Source: an uncultured Gammaproteobacteria bacterium
GTDB taxonomy: Bacteria > Pseudomonadota > Gammaproteobacteria > SZUA-229
Length of the DNA: 64,000 nucleotides
NCBI GenBank assembly: GCA_942492025.1
Contig: CALODJ010000003.1
Location: forward strand, 451,841 to 515,840
Reading direction: 5' to 3'
The position numbers and the translations under genes are program-made. Positions within the stretch are counted from its first letter, which is position 1. Each line of letters starts with the position of its first letter. This document shows, piece after piece, positions 41,025 through 51,112 of the stretch. The notes under the pieces were generated by a model, which saw only the letters and a program-made list of their open reading frames with translations, was not told where the DNA came from and made no database searches.

Positions 41025-41879
41025 TACCTCTTTTTTGCTGTTGTTTATGCCTCGCACATAGCGTTATGGCGTGTCGTCAACTGCCATATAAGACTACAGA
41101 TGTAGAAGAAGGTTCTTAAGTTCCTCGCGTTCATCATTGATGATGTATGTTCAATTACCACTATATATACAGCGTTTTTATAACTTCTGCTGTTTGATAT
41201 CCAAGCCCACGACTGATCGCTTCCTTCGTCTGTAAAAGGAATTGAAGCATCAGTAAAACGTGAACTAGATATGGTAGAGAGGCTTGTGGCCTATTCTCAT
41301 AGCCATCCATTACTGCTAACTGTAAAAGTATTTGGCGTGGTAACGCATCTGTTATCGACGGTAAATGAGTTTTTTCAAGACACGTGAAATAGAAAAAGCA
41401 CGAAAAAGTCCATCAATTAAACTGATGCAATTTTGAGTGGGCAGAGAGATAGACAGAGTTGGATTCACCGTTGATCATCAACTTTACTACTCTGATCGTT
41501 CCGAATGGCCGCCATATGCAGCAATGCTTTCCTCTAGCTGAATGACACTGACTTGAACACACAATGGTTAGAGGAGCGTTATAGTCGTATGCGCCCTTGT
41601 TTTACCGATACAGCTGCAAACTCCCAAAGGCTCTGGCTTCAACTAACATCTTATTGTCATGATGCAAATAGTCTACCAGCCGTATAAACGACTTTTGTCG
41701 CGAATTCTGCCGACGTTTGCGACTAAAGTCGCGACTACAAAAAAACCGAATATCAGTACAACCAAGCGCTTTATTGGACACTTCGAAAACCACACTGCTA
41801 TACGGCCATTTTTTTCAGAAAAAAGCTGTAATCTAGCCTAACTGAAACTAACGCTTTCTTTTGCTTTCGATAAACCCTT

Positions 41880-42800
41880 GTGATGTACCAAAACCCACTA
41901 CAATATTTCAGGTCCTTCTGGCAACAAGACCGCCGCAAGTCAAAAGCGTTACCGTTTATCATCATTCTTACGACTGCAGTGCTGTTGATGATCTTCAAGC
42001 TGCTCCAGCCCGAACCACCAGTGAAGGCAAAGGAAGAAGAATCATGGACGGTACAGACGCTTCGCCTCGTCGATGGCGCCAGATCGCCACAGCTGCAGTT
42101 ATACGGCAGTGTCGAATCACCTTATACCGCTACAATTACCTCTATCATCGATGCCGATGTGAAGGTACTAGAAGTCAAGGAAGGCGAGCATGTAAAGCTA
42201 GGTCAGGTCCTTGTCGTGTTGGATGATACCGATGCCAGGCTGGCGCTGGAAGACAAGCAAGCATCGGTCGCGGAATTAGATGCGTTGATCCTTTAAGCGA
42301 AGAACCGTTACGAAAATGATCTAGCGGCATTAAAGCTGGATAAGGCTCTGGTCGCATTCGCAGAGAAAAAACTGGGACGCGAAGAACAAACCAGCAAGAA
42401 CAATTTGACCAGTCAGGCTAGTCTTGATACGCAGAAAGAGGCCTTGAATAATCAGAAGCTGGCACTGAATAGCAGACAGCTCAGCGTCACTGACCACCTT
42501 GCCCGACTCGCTCAACGGAATTACCGGCTATTGAAGGTTCCTTTAGCGTGCCGGTTTCTTCGATCTATGGCACCGACCGGATCTACCGTGTTGAAAACGA
42601 AAGGCTGGTGGCGATTAAGATCGAATAACTGAGAAACCAGTACCGTTATGACCGCCAGTTCGTTCTTGTGCGCAGTGACCGCCTCAAGCGCGGTGATGAG
42701 ATTATCACAACCCAGTTACCCCTGGCAGTGAACGGTCTCAAGGTTGACGTTCGCAATGAGACGACGTTGAACACCGAGATTACACAGCAGCTACCCGGCG
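41880..42800 (+). pseudogene. RND-efflux membrane fusion protein (HlyD/AcrA family), broken by multiple frameshifts and stops.
   Basis: The MFP N-terminus (TM, then VKVLEVKEGEHVKLGQVLVVLDDTDARLALEDKQASVAELDA) continues in two other frames (LDTQKEALNNQKLALNSRQL...; ...ELRNQYRYDRQFVLVRSDRLKRGDEIITTQLPLAVNGLKV). Confidence 0.7.
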
Positions 42801-42807
42801 AGCGCCC

Positions 42808-44094
42808 ATGAGTTCTGGCATGGTACCGCCGTCACAACCACCGGCTCCCGGGGGTACACCGCCATTGGATTCGATCGGGCGCGCCGGCGGAATCATCCAC
42901 CTGTTCGCACAACACCCCGTAGCGGCCAACCTGCTGATGGCGACAATGATCATCCTCGGCGCCTTCAGTCTGACTCAACTGAACAAACAATTTTTCCCCA
43001 ATTTTGCGCTCGACTATATCACGGTCAACGTCATCTGGCGGGGCGCCAGCGCCGAAGATGTGGAGCGTTCGATTACGGTTCCATTGGAACAGGCATTACG
43101 GACACTCGATGGTAAAAAGGAAATGACATCGACTTCGACGCGCGGCCTTAGCGCTATCGTCATCGAATACGAAGAAAACACTGATATGGGCATCGCGCTG
43201 GACGAGGTCAAGCAGTTCGTTTCCAATATTCGCAACTTGCCCTCCGACGCCGAAGACCCGATCGTCACCCGGATCGCGCGTTATGAAGCGGTCGCAACCA
43301 TCATCTTGGCTGCCGAAGGCGAACTCGATGAGCTACGCCCGCTGGCCCACCAATTTGAACGCGAGCTGCTCGATCGTGGTAGTGCACGAGTGGACTTTGC
43401 CGGCATGCCCGAGCAGGAAATTGCGATCGAGGTCAGTGCAAAACAAATCCAGCAGCTCGGCCTGTCGTTAAACCAAATCGGCGATCGTATTATCAGTCAA
43501 AGTCAGGATATACCGGCGGGTACAGTCGCGAGAGTGAAGCTGCGCGTGAAGTCCGTGGGTTGCAGCGTAAACGTGATGTTCAGGAATTCGCCTCGCTGGA
43601 CCTGCTGACGACCGCAAGTGGTAGCAAACTCACGCTGAATGATATCGCCGAGATAAAACGGCGACCCAAAGAAAACCAGGTGGAAATTTTCTACCAGGGC
43701 AAACCGGCCGTTCTGATGAACCTGCAGCGGACCGATAGCACAGATGCCCTGGTATTGGCCGATATCATGCAACAGTGGCTGACCGAAACTCGCGAGACTC
43801 TAACACCATTTATCGAATTGGTCGTGTTCGACGAGAAGTACGCGTTGATACAGCAGCGCATCGACCTGTTGGTCAAGAACGGTATCTCCGGACTGGTGCT
43901 GGCGATCTTATACATTTTCCTGAATGGACGCGTAGCGTTCTGGGTCGCCATCGGCATACCCGCATCTTTTCCAGGTGCGCTGGCCGTGCTGTATTTCTTC
44001 GGCGGCAGCATTAACATGATCAGCCTGTTCGCGCTGATCATGACGCTAGGCATCATCGTCGATGATGCCATCGTCGTCGGTGGGGATGCACTGA
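42808..44094 (+). pseudogene. RND-family (AcrB/CzcA-like) inner-membrane transporter, N-terminal ~45% only. It has one internal frameshift and is truncated at an IS91-fragment junction.
   Basis: IIHLFAQHPVAANLLMATMIILGAFSL..., a TM1-periplasmic loop pattern and a second ORF piece at 43560-44094. Homology stops at ...VVGGDALTHYQ. Confidence 0.7.
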
Positions 44095-44405
44095 CCCATT
44101 ATCAAATGGAAGTCATCGCGTGCATCGAAGACCCGCTGGTGATCAAGAAGATACTGACGCACCTGCGCGGTAACGGGCTGTATCTAGAGGCCGCCGGTTT
44201 GCCGCAGAGCAGGGCGCCACCACAGGGCGACTTGTTTAGCTGAGAAGCGCAAGCCGGTCATTCAAAGTAATTCAGAACAGATATAGCTGCGACCCTGACA
44301 GAAGCGGCAAGATGCCGTCTGGCCCACGGGTTGGGATTAGCCTGCAAAGAGACACATCAGGGGCCGGCGAGCGCGGGGTTTCCTCAGATTGGGATGGAAT
44401 TCAGA
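44095..44405 (+). mobile_element. IS91-family element 3' fragment, copy A (last ~45 codons of the transposase plus ~170 bp of downstream end region).
   Basis: VIACIEDPLVIKKILTHLRGNGLYLEAAGLPQSRAPPQGDLFS is characteristic of IS91/ISCR transposase C-termini. It is near-identical to 46585-46900. Confidence 0.6.
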
Positions 44406-44825
44406 AAGGGACAAAAACAAGGACAAAAACAAGACACCCACAGAATAAATCGAAACTCACCTGTTACATTCGTAGTGCTTGTAAGCAAATCGTCCCAGAT
44501 TAACGAGGCCGCAGATAAGCCCTCATCCTGACTCCCCATAATCAAAGGCTCGAACCTCATCACAACACAGATCCAGGCCATCGGACGGTGTTTTGGTGTG
44601 CATCTATAAATTCTGAAACCCGATTCGGTCGTATTCTAAGCGTCAGAATCGCATCTGCGCCGAGTTCTGCTCTCCGACGACGCGGGCATAGGCAAGACAA
44701 CGACGTCTGGTTTCGTGACAATATTGCGACAAAATATTGACACCAGGCCTAAAAAAGCCTATCTTAGCCGCAATGTCCAGTTAATGTACTAGACATTTTA
44801 ACCTGATCACCCTGGAGGTGTAATC

Positions 44826-45344
44826 ATGAAAATTCCAAGATCCATTCGTCGCACGTTAATTACCTCGCTTGGCATGGGCCTGTTTATTTACGCCCTTGCA
44901 GGTCCTTCGGCCTTCGCGGGTCAACATGGCATGAAACAGGGCGGTATGGACGTTGTCGATACCGCGGTCGCCGCTGGAAGCTTCTCCACCCTCGTCACCG
45001 CCATCAAGGCTGCGGGATTGGTAGAGACCCTGAAGGGGGACGGTCCGTTCACAGTTTTCGCACCAACGGATGAAGCGTTCAAGAAAATTCCCGAAGCGGA
45101 GTTGGCCGCCCTCCTCAAAGACAAAGCCGCGTTGACGAAGGTTTTGACCTATCACGTTGTTCCCGGCAAGGTCATGGCCGCAGACGTCGTTAAACTGACT
45201 TCAGCCAAGACCGTAGAAGGCCAATCGATAAAAATCAGTGCTAGTGATGGCGTCAAGGTCGATAATGCCAATGTCGTGAAGACTGACATCGCTGCGAGCA
45301 ATGGTGTCATTCACGTAATCGATACCGTCATTATGCCGAACTGA
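44826..45344 (+). CDS. Fasciclin (FAS1) domain protein, secreted.
   Basis: Signal peptide plus FAS1 motifs [10 protein letters not shown]...[10 protein letters not shown]...[14 protein letters not shown]. Confidence 0.8.
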   Translation: MKIPRSIRRTLITSLGMGLFIYALAGPSAFAGQHGMKQGGMDVVDTAVAAGSFSTLVTAIKAAGLVETLKGDGPFTVFAPTDEAFKKIPEAELAALLKDKAALTKVLTYHVVPGKVMAADVVKLTSAKTVEGQSIKISASDGVKVDNANVVKTDIAASNGVIHVIDTVIMPN

Positions 45345-45594
45345 TATCGCACGACGGTTCGCTGTAAGGGCTGTACGCGACGCGCGTCAGCCCTTTCTGT
45401 TGAACACAAATAGGACCAAACTCACTGCATTCCTCTTCATCCCGTTTCCTGTATCGACCCGTGGGTTACCCTCAAGAATAGGTATAGCATGAACGGTTTT
45501 TAAGATCCGGACCAAGTGGATTCGGATGTTCGTGCAAACTGTCACAGCTGGTTTTGCTCATCAATCACTGCCGACAACCCAGGAGACTGCGACA

Positions 45595-46275
45595 ATGAAC
45601 TGGAAGACCGCCTACCGTTCTTTCTATTACTATACTGCCCCGGAACCAGATAACCTGACGCTGCTACCGACTGAAACAGCCCTGCTATGCATTGATGTTC
45701 AGAACTACGGTCTCGCGCCCAAACCCAGCGCTGAAGAACAAGTACGCTGGGCGCCCTTCTATGAGCGCATGAACGAAACCGTGATCCCGAATCTTTGTGC
45801 ACTGCAGCAAACGTTCCGTGATCACAACATCGAAGTTGTTCATGCGCGCATCGCCTGTCTGCTCGACGATGGCCGTGACCGCTCGCTGAGTCAGAAAATG
45901 CCGGGATGGAACAATCTATTGATGCCGATAAATAGCGAGGAATCGCAGATCATCTCCGAATTGGCTCCGGTCACTGGTGAGATGGTCGTCACTAAGACCA
46001 CCGACAGCGCGCTGACCGGGACCAATTTGCGCCTGGTACTGAGCAACATGGGTATTCGCAATGTGGTCGTGACCGGCATCTATACCGATCAATGCGTCTC
46101 ATCGACTGTACGCAGTTTGGCTGACGAAAGTTTCAACGTTGTCGTGGTTGAGGGCTGCTGTGCAGCCGGAACCCTCGAACTCCACCAGCGCGAGCTCGAG
46201 ATCATCAACATGATCTATTGTCACGTACTGGGCAGCGCAGAAATTCGAGCGATCATGGGGCTGGACCAACATTGA
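45595..46275 (+). CDS. Isochorismatase-family cysteine hydrolase.
   Basis: TALLCIDVQN fold signature and a conserved Cys in GIYTDQCVSST. Confidence 0.7.
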   Translation: MNWKTAYRSFYYYTAPEPDNLTLLPTETALLCIDVQNYGLAPKPSAEEQVRWAPFYERMNETVIPNLCALQQTFRDHNIEVVHARIACLLDDGRDRSLSQKMPGWNNLLMPINSEESQIISELAPVTGEMVVTKTTDSALTGTNLRLVLSNMGIRNVVVTGIYTDQCVSSTVRSLADESFNVVVVEGCCAAGTLELHQRELEIINMIYCHVLGSAEIRAIMGLDQH

Positions 46276-46489
46276 TTGCTGTGTGCATCTCAATCAAACC
46301 GTCATATTTTTGCGATACAAGCGCTGCGCAAACCGAGGTTTGCCGCCCTCTCTCTCGGGAGTCATATTGCCAGACAACAGCCTGACGATTCGCGCTATCA
46401 CTAGCGGCATAGTACTCGGCGCCCTGCTGTCGCTTTGCAATACTTACACGGGCCTGAAAATAGGCCAGTAGCCGCGCCAGAAGCAACAC

Positions 46490-46990
46490 CGGTTGCAAGC
46501 CATGCAGCGATGAACTGGGCGTAACGCTTGAAGCGGGTGTTCGCTATCGACATCGAAACGTGCCGCGTCTGCGGCGGCAGCATGGAAGTCATCGCGTGCA
46601 TCGAAGACCCGCTGGTGATCAAGAAGATACTGACGCACCTGCGCGGTAACGGGCTGTATCTAGAGGCCGCCTGTTTGCCACAGAGCAGGGCGCCACCACA
46701 GGGCGACTTGTTTAGCTGAGAAGCGCAAGCCGGTCATTCAGAGTAATTCAGAACAGATGTAGCTGCGACCCTGACAGAAGCGGCAAGATGCCGTCTGGCC
46801 CACGGGTTGGGATTAGCCTGCAAAGAGACACATCAGGGGCCGGCGAGCGCGGGGTTTCCTTAGATTGGGATGGAATTCAGAAGGAAGTCGTCATTGGGAT
46901 AGGGTGAGCGGCTATGAGTAGCTGGACAACAACGGTTGATTTTTAGATAACAGGGGGATTATTCTTCCTATACTCGAATCGCGCTAAACT
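46490..46990 (+). mobile_element. IS91-family element 3' fragment, copy B (C-terminal ~63 codons of the transposase plus ~270 bp of end region).
   Basis: ...LKRVFAIDIETCRVCGGSMEVIACIEDPLVIKKILTHLRGNGLYLEAA... (CxxC zinc motif). It shares an extended 3' region with copy A and the 34165 remnant. Confidence 0.6.
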
Positions 46991-47042
46991 TGAAGGCTGC
47001 TGATACTGTCTACCACGTTTCGATGAGCACGCTTACTGTCGC

Positions 47043-47486
47043 ATGGTCCATGTGCGCTGCCGCCTGCCTGATGCTGGCCCTGCTGCACATGCTGCTGTGG
47101 CTGAATACAGTCAGAACACGGTTTATCTGCTGTCATCACTGATGGCCTTCGCCGCCTGCGCCAGTGCGCTGCTTGAGCTCGGATTGCTGACCACGCAGTC
47201 GCTCGAGACCTACCGGCTGTTGATCCGCTGGGAGAACCTGACCATCTTCATGATGGTGCCGATGGTCTGGTTCGTGCAGGGCTATTTCAATACAGCACGG
47301 CGCTGGCTGGCGCTCACGATCACACTGCTGTGGGGCCTGGGTATGCTGATCAATTTCGTCTCACCCTGGAGCCTGACCTTCAGCACGGTAGCGGGCAAGC
47401 CACTTGTACACGATTCGGACACTGACGCCCATGGCTTGAGCGACCTCGGCAACCGGCTGGCCCAACTGCAGGACACGATGTACTAA
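47043..47486 (+). pseudogene. Frameshifted fragment of a multi-TM membrane (sensor-like) protein.
   Basis: The hydrophobic N-terminus MSTLTVAWSMCAAACLMLALLHMLLWL lies in a different frame from the 147-aa ORF, which carries 3-4 TM segments. No cytoplasmic domain follows. Confidence 0.3.
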
Positions 47487-47522
47487 AATTTCTCGACTTC
47501 TTGGTGTTAAACGGGCATTTTT

Positions 47523-48677
47523 ATGGATGTTCATCTGGGGCTCCTTGGAAGCTGTAGGTTTGGCGACTATCAGTTTCATAGATCAGCCTCAGATGAACAA
47601 CCTACTAACATATCACAGCTAGGGCCGCGCGGCGTATTAGATTGCAAGGCTTCTGAAACAGCGGATAAAACCAAAGACCCTCGCTTCGGCGTAGTCGGCA
47701 AGCAGGCATGCAAGGATACCGGGCCGCTGACGAAAAAACGCATGGAAACCGCGGACGAGGAGTTTCTGGACCGCACCATGAAGTTCATCAAAAAGAACAC
47801 GGAAGCAAAGAAACCGTGGTTTGCGTGGCTGGCTACATCACGTATGCATTTCTATACCCATCAGAAACCGGAAAGTGATGGGGTAACGGGCCTGGGTATC
47901 TGCGCCGATGGCATGGTCGAACACGATGGCCATGTCGGTCAAATCCTCGACCTGCTGGAGCAGCTGAAAATTGATGAGAATACGATCGTTATTTACACCG
48001 TGGATAACGGTCCGCACTACAACGAGTGGCCCGACGGCGGCATCTCGCCGTTCCGGGGCGAGAAAAACACCAACTGGGAAGGTGGGTACCGTATTCCGAC
48101 GATGATTCGATGGCCGAACAATATCCCCGCCGGCAAGATTTCGAATGAGATCATTTCCATGCAGGACTGGGTGCCCACGTTGATGGCTGCCGCCGGTGAG
48201 CCGGACATCAAGGATAAACTGAAAAAAGGTCACAAGGCGGATGGTAAGAAGTTCAAGGTTCACCTGGATGGCTTCAACTTGATGCCATATCTTACAGGCA
48301 AGGAAGAAAAGTCACCGCGTGATGAATTTTTCTACTTCAGCGATGACGGATTGCTCGTAGGGGTACGCCACAAGCAGTGGAAGCTGGTGTTCGCTGAACA
48401 GCGCGCCAAAACATTCCGTGTATGGTCAGAACCCTTTGTTCAACTACGTATTCCGAAACTGTTCAATTTACGCAGCGATCCGTTCGAACGCGCCGATACC
48501 GATTCGAATAATTATGACCGCTGGTGGATAGAACGCAGTGCTTTTTCTGTTGTTGCCATACAGGAGATTGTCGGAGATTTCATGAAAACCTTCGAGGATT
48601 TTCCGCCGAGGCAGAAACCGGCGAAGTTCAACGTCGATGATGTCATGAAAGCAATGTATAAAACCGGCGCACACTGA
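47523..48677 (+). pseudogene. Arylsulfatase-family (sulfatase) gene lacking the N-terminal catalytic region.
   Basis: Sulfatase C-terminal half (GGYRIPTMIRWPNNIPAG, DWVPTL) without the CxPxR active-site region. Confidence 0.6.
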
Positions 48678-48691
48678 TCGTTTGAAGGATC

Positions 48692-49292
48692 ATGATTAAT
48701 CACCTGGCTGGCTTATCGCAAATTCATAAAAAAAACTGGCGTTGTGTTTTTGCGCTTGTCATGGTCTTGCACATCAGCATCGGCCCCTCGAATACAAGGG
48801 CCGATGACTTGCGTGCGGCGGTGCAGAACCCGATCAGTTCTCTGGTCAGCCTGCCGTTTAAATTCAACTTTGACTACGGTGCGCAAAATGGTGATGGCAC
48901 GATATTAAACATACAACCGGTTTACCCGATAACCAAAGGTAAGTGGAACTATGTCAGCCGTTTGATACTTCCTGTCGCCAGTGTTGATGGTGCTATTTCG
49001 ACACCTGAAAATCCCAATCCGAGCGTACTGGGTAGTGCTTCAGGACTCGGTGATACCAATTACTCGCTTTACCTGTCACCGGTTGAATATGGTGATGTCA
49101 TCTGGGGTGTGGGTCCGTCACTGATGATGCCGACCGCATCGGACGACCAGCTTGGCAGCGGTAAGTCGTATCTACAAGATCGGCAAGCAGGCGGTTAACA
49201 ACCGCATCGAGTATTACTATAACATCGAGAAACCTGACTCCGCACCTGACTGGTCATGGAGATTTACCTTTCAGTTCCTGTTTCCGAAATAG
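48692..49292 (+). pseudogene. Outer-membrane beta-barrel protein (MetA-pathway/phenol-degradation-like transporter family), frameshifted.
   Basis: Signal peptide, ...LGDTNYSLYLSP...GVGPSLMMPTASDD.LGSGK. The C-terminus (...WSWRFTFQFLFPK) is in another frame. Confidence 0.5.
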
Positions 49293-49554
49293 CAGCGAAA
49301 TGCAAATGCAGTGATACTTGGTACGCCGTTATTAGCCTGCATTACTGGTGAAAACTATATTCCTGAGATAATTGGGGTCAGGGTGAAATTTACCTAATTC
49401 CTGCACAAAACAGTCGGCTAAAATCGAATAAACAGGGTCGAAGAGCAATGTTCTCTAATATAAAAACAATTGCTCTCTGTCCCTTTTTTGCTAGGTTTGA
49501 TTCTGTTTGTGCTTTCCCTGTGTCAGCGTGACTGCGGCCTGTGAATCGGGCTTA

Positions 49555-49668
49555 TCAATCTTTCGATTTTTGTAGTATTTTCTTGAACTCCAACACTGTT
49601 AGGACCAGGCCGATGAATAACAATACGAAAACAATAATTGCAGCATAGAGAATATCCGGTTCGGCCAT
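49555..49668 (-). CDS. Very small single-TM protein (37 aa), MAEPDILYAAIIVFVLLFIGLVLTVLEFKKILQKSKD.
   Basis: An ORF below the track cutoff. Its start overlaps the preceding ORF's stop (TAATCATG). Confidence 0.3.
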   Translation of the reverse strand: MAEPDILYAAIIVFVLLFIGLVLTVLEFKKILQKSKD

Positions 49669-49670
49669 GA

Positions 49671-49850
49671 TTAGTTCCTCATTGCCAGCAGGCTCGAAAG
49701 TTTGAAATAGATACCAAATGCGAGTATTGATGGCACCCAGATTGCAGTAAATATACCGTGTTGCGGAAATCCGTTGAACCAGAGGTATCCGGAGAGACCA
49801 AAGGAAATGGCAACTGCCAGCAGTATGAATAGATCCGATAGCTTGAACAT
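49671..49850 (-). CDS. Small two-TM membrane protein (59 aa).
   Basis: AGAGG RBS plus ATG. Hydrophobic MFKLSDLFILLAVAISFGLSGYLWF...IWVPSILAFGIYF. Confidence 0.3.
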   Translation of the reverse strand: MFKLSDLFILLAVAISFGLSGYLWFNGFPQHGIFTAIWVPSILAFGIYFKLSSLLAMRN

Positions 49851-49899
49851 TATGTATTACCTCTCTGTTTTAGTTTGCATTCTGACATGTGACTGAGCG

Positions 49900-50112
49900 T
49901 CAGGTTTCCCAAAAGGCGATCGCGGCGATCAGTAGTCCGGCAACCGTTATCGATGCGGGTATGCGTAACCCGGTTATGCCAAATACATCAACCATGGACG
50001 GCACGAATTCTAGCATACCAAGTGGTAGCCACACGAAAAACGGCAGTGCTAACAGAATACCTATGCTTCCTATGACTCGTCGTGCTCGAAGGCTATTCTT
50101 GCGGCTCGGCAT
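49900..50112 (-). CDS. Small two-TM membrane protein (70 aa).
   Basis: The third of three tandem small hydrophobic ORFs on the same strand. Confidence 0.3.
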   Translation of the reverse strand: MPSRKNSLRARRVIGSIGILLALPFFVWLPLGMLEFVPSMVDVFGITGLRIPASITVAGLLIAAIAFWET

Positions 50113-50494
50113 TGAGGCTCCGGTGGTGTAAGCATCCTGCTAGAATAAACCCTCCTTAATCTAAAAGCCACCGTTCGTTATTTTCTTCCCGGCCATGTAT
50201 GGCACCTTACGCACCGCTGCCAGAAAAAGCGTTTCTATTGAAGTTTGCCAAAGATCGAAGTGAACTCAAATCGGCGAGATTGGGGCGTGAACCTGTATGG
50301 ACGCAAAGCCTGGCTGTAGGGCCTGAGGACTATGACACTTATTAACGTTAATCATTATGGCTCTGACGCTCCGCGTTGATCCACGTTTTGGACGGAGGCC
50401 GGCTCCAATAGTGGAAAGTCATTATGTCCAGGTTGAATGGAGTACCGGGCTGGTATTCAGATACAATATTAATGTAAGCGCCAAAGAATCGGCC

Positions 50495-51112
50495 TTATAG
50501 ACTAACGTTCCAGGGTAGCAAGGCTTCAATATCCGCAACTGTTTTCGCTGAAGCAATGTGTTCCAGTACGTAGCGGATATACTCATAAGGCTCCAGACCA
50601 TTGGCCTTGGCCGTTTCAATGAGACTGAAGCAGGTGGCGCTGGCTCGAGCGCCGCGCGGGGTGTCGCTGAACAACCAGTTGCGCCTGCCCACCGCAAAGG
50701 GCCGGATGGCATTTTCGGCCAGCGCATTGCTGATCCGTAATTTGCCATCCTCGCAGTAACCGCTCAGGTAGCCCCACTGATTTAAGGTGTAGTAGATGGC
50801 TTTGTGTGTCAAGCTGTCCCTGGGCACGCGGCTGATGTTCTTCTCCAGCCAGGCTTTGAGTTCCGCCAGTAGCGGCTGGCTCAGTTGCTGGCGCTTTTGG
50901 GCTTTCTGTTCATCGTCGAAGTCCTTGATCTTGTCTGCGATGGCATACAGCTTGCGGATCTTGCCGATGGCGACATCCGCCTTGCTGACTTTTCCGCTCT
51001 GGCTCGTTTTCTTCTTTGCCGGAGCTGCTTTGCTCGCTTCGACAAATTTCCTTCTGGCGTGATCCCAACAGCCAATACGGGTGATGTCATCGCTACGGCA
51101 GACCTTGTTGTA
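50495..51112 (-). pseudogene. IS66-family transposase TnpC, 3' exon (C-terminal ~205 aa).
   Basis: YNKVCRSDDITRIGCWDHARRKFVEA ... and the conserved IS66 TnpC C-terminal region. Confidence 0.75.
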
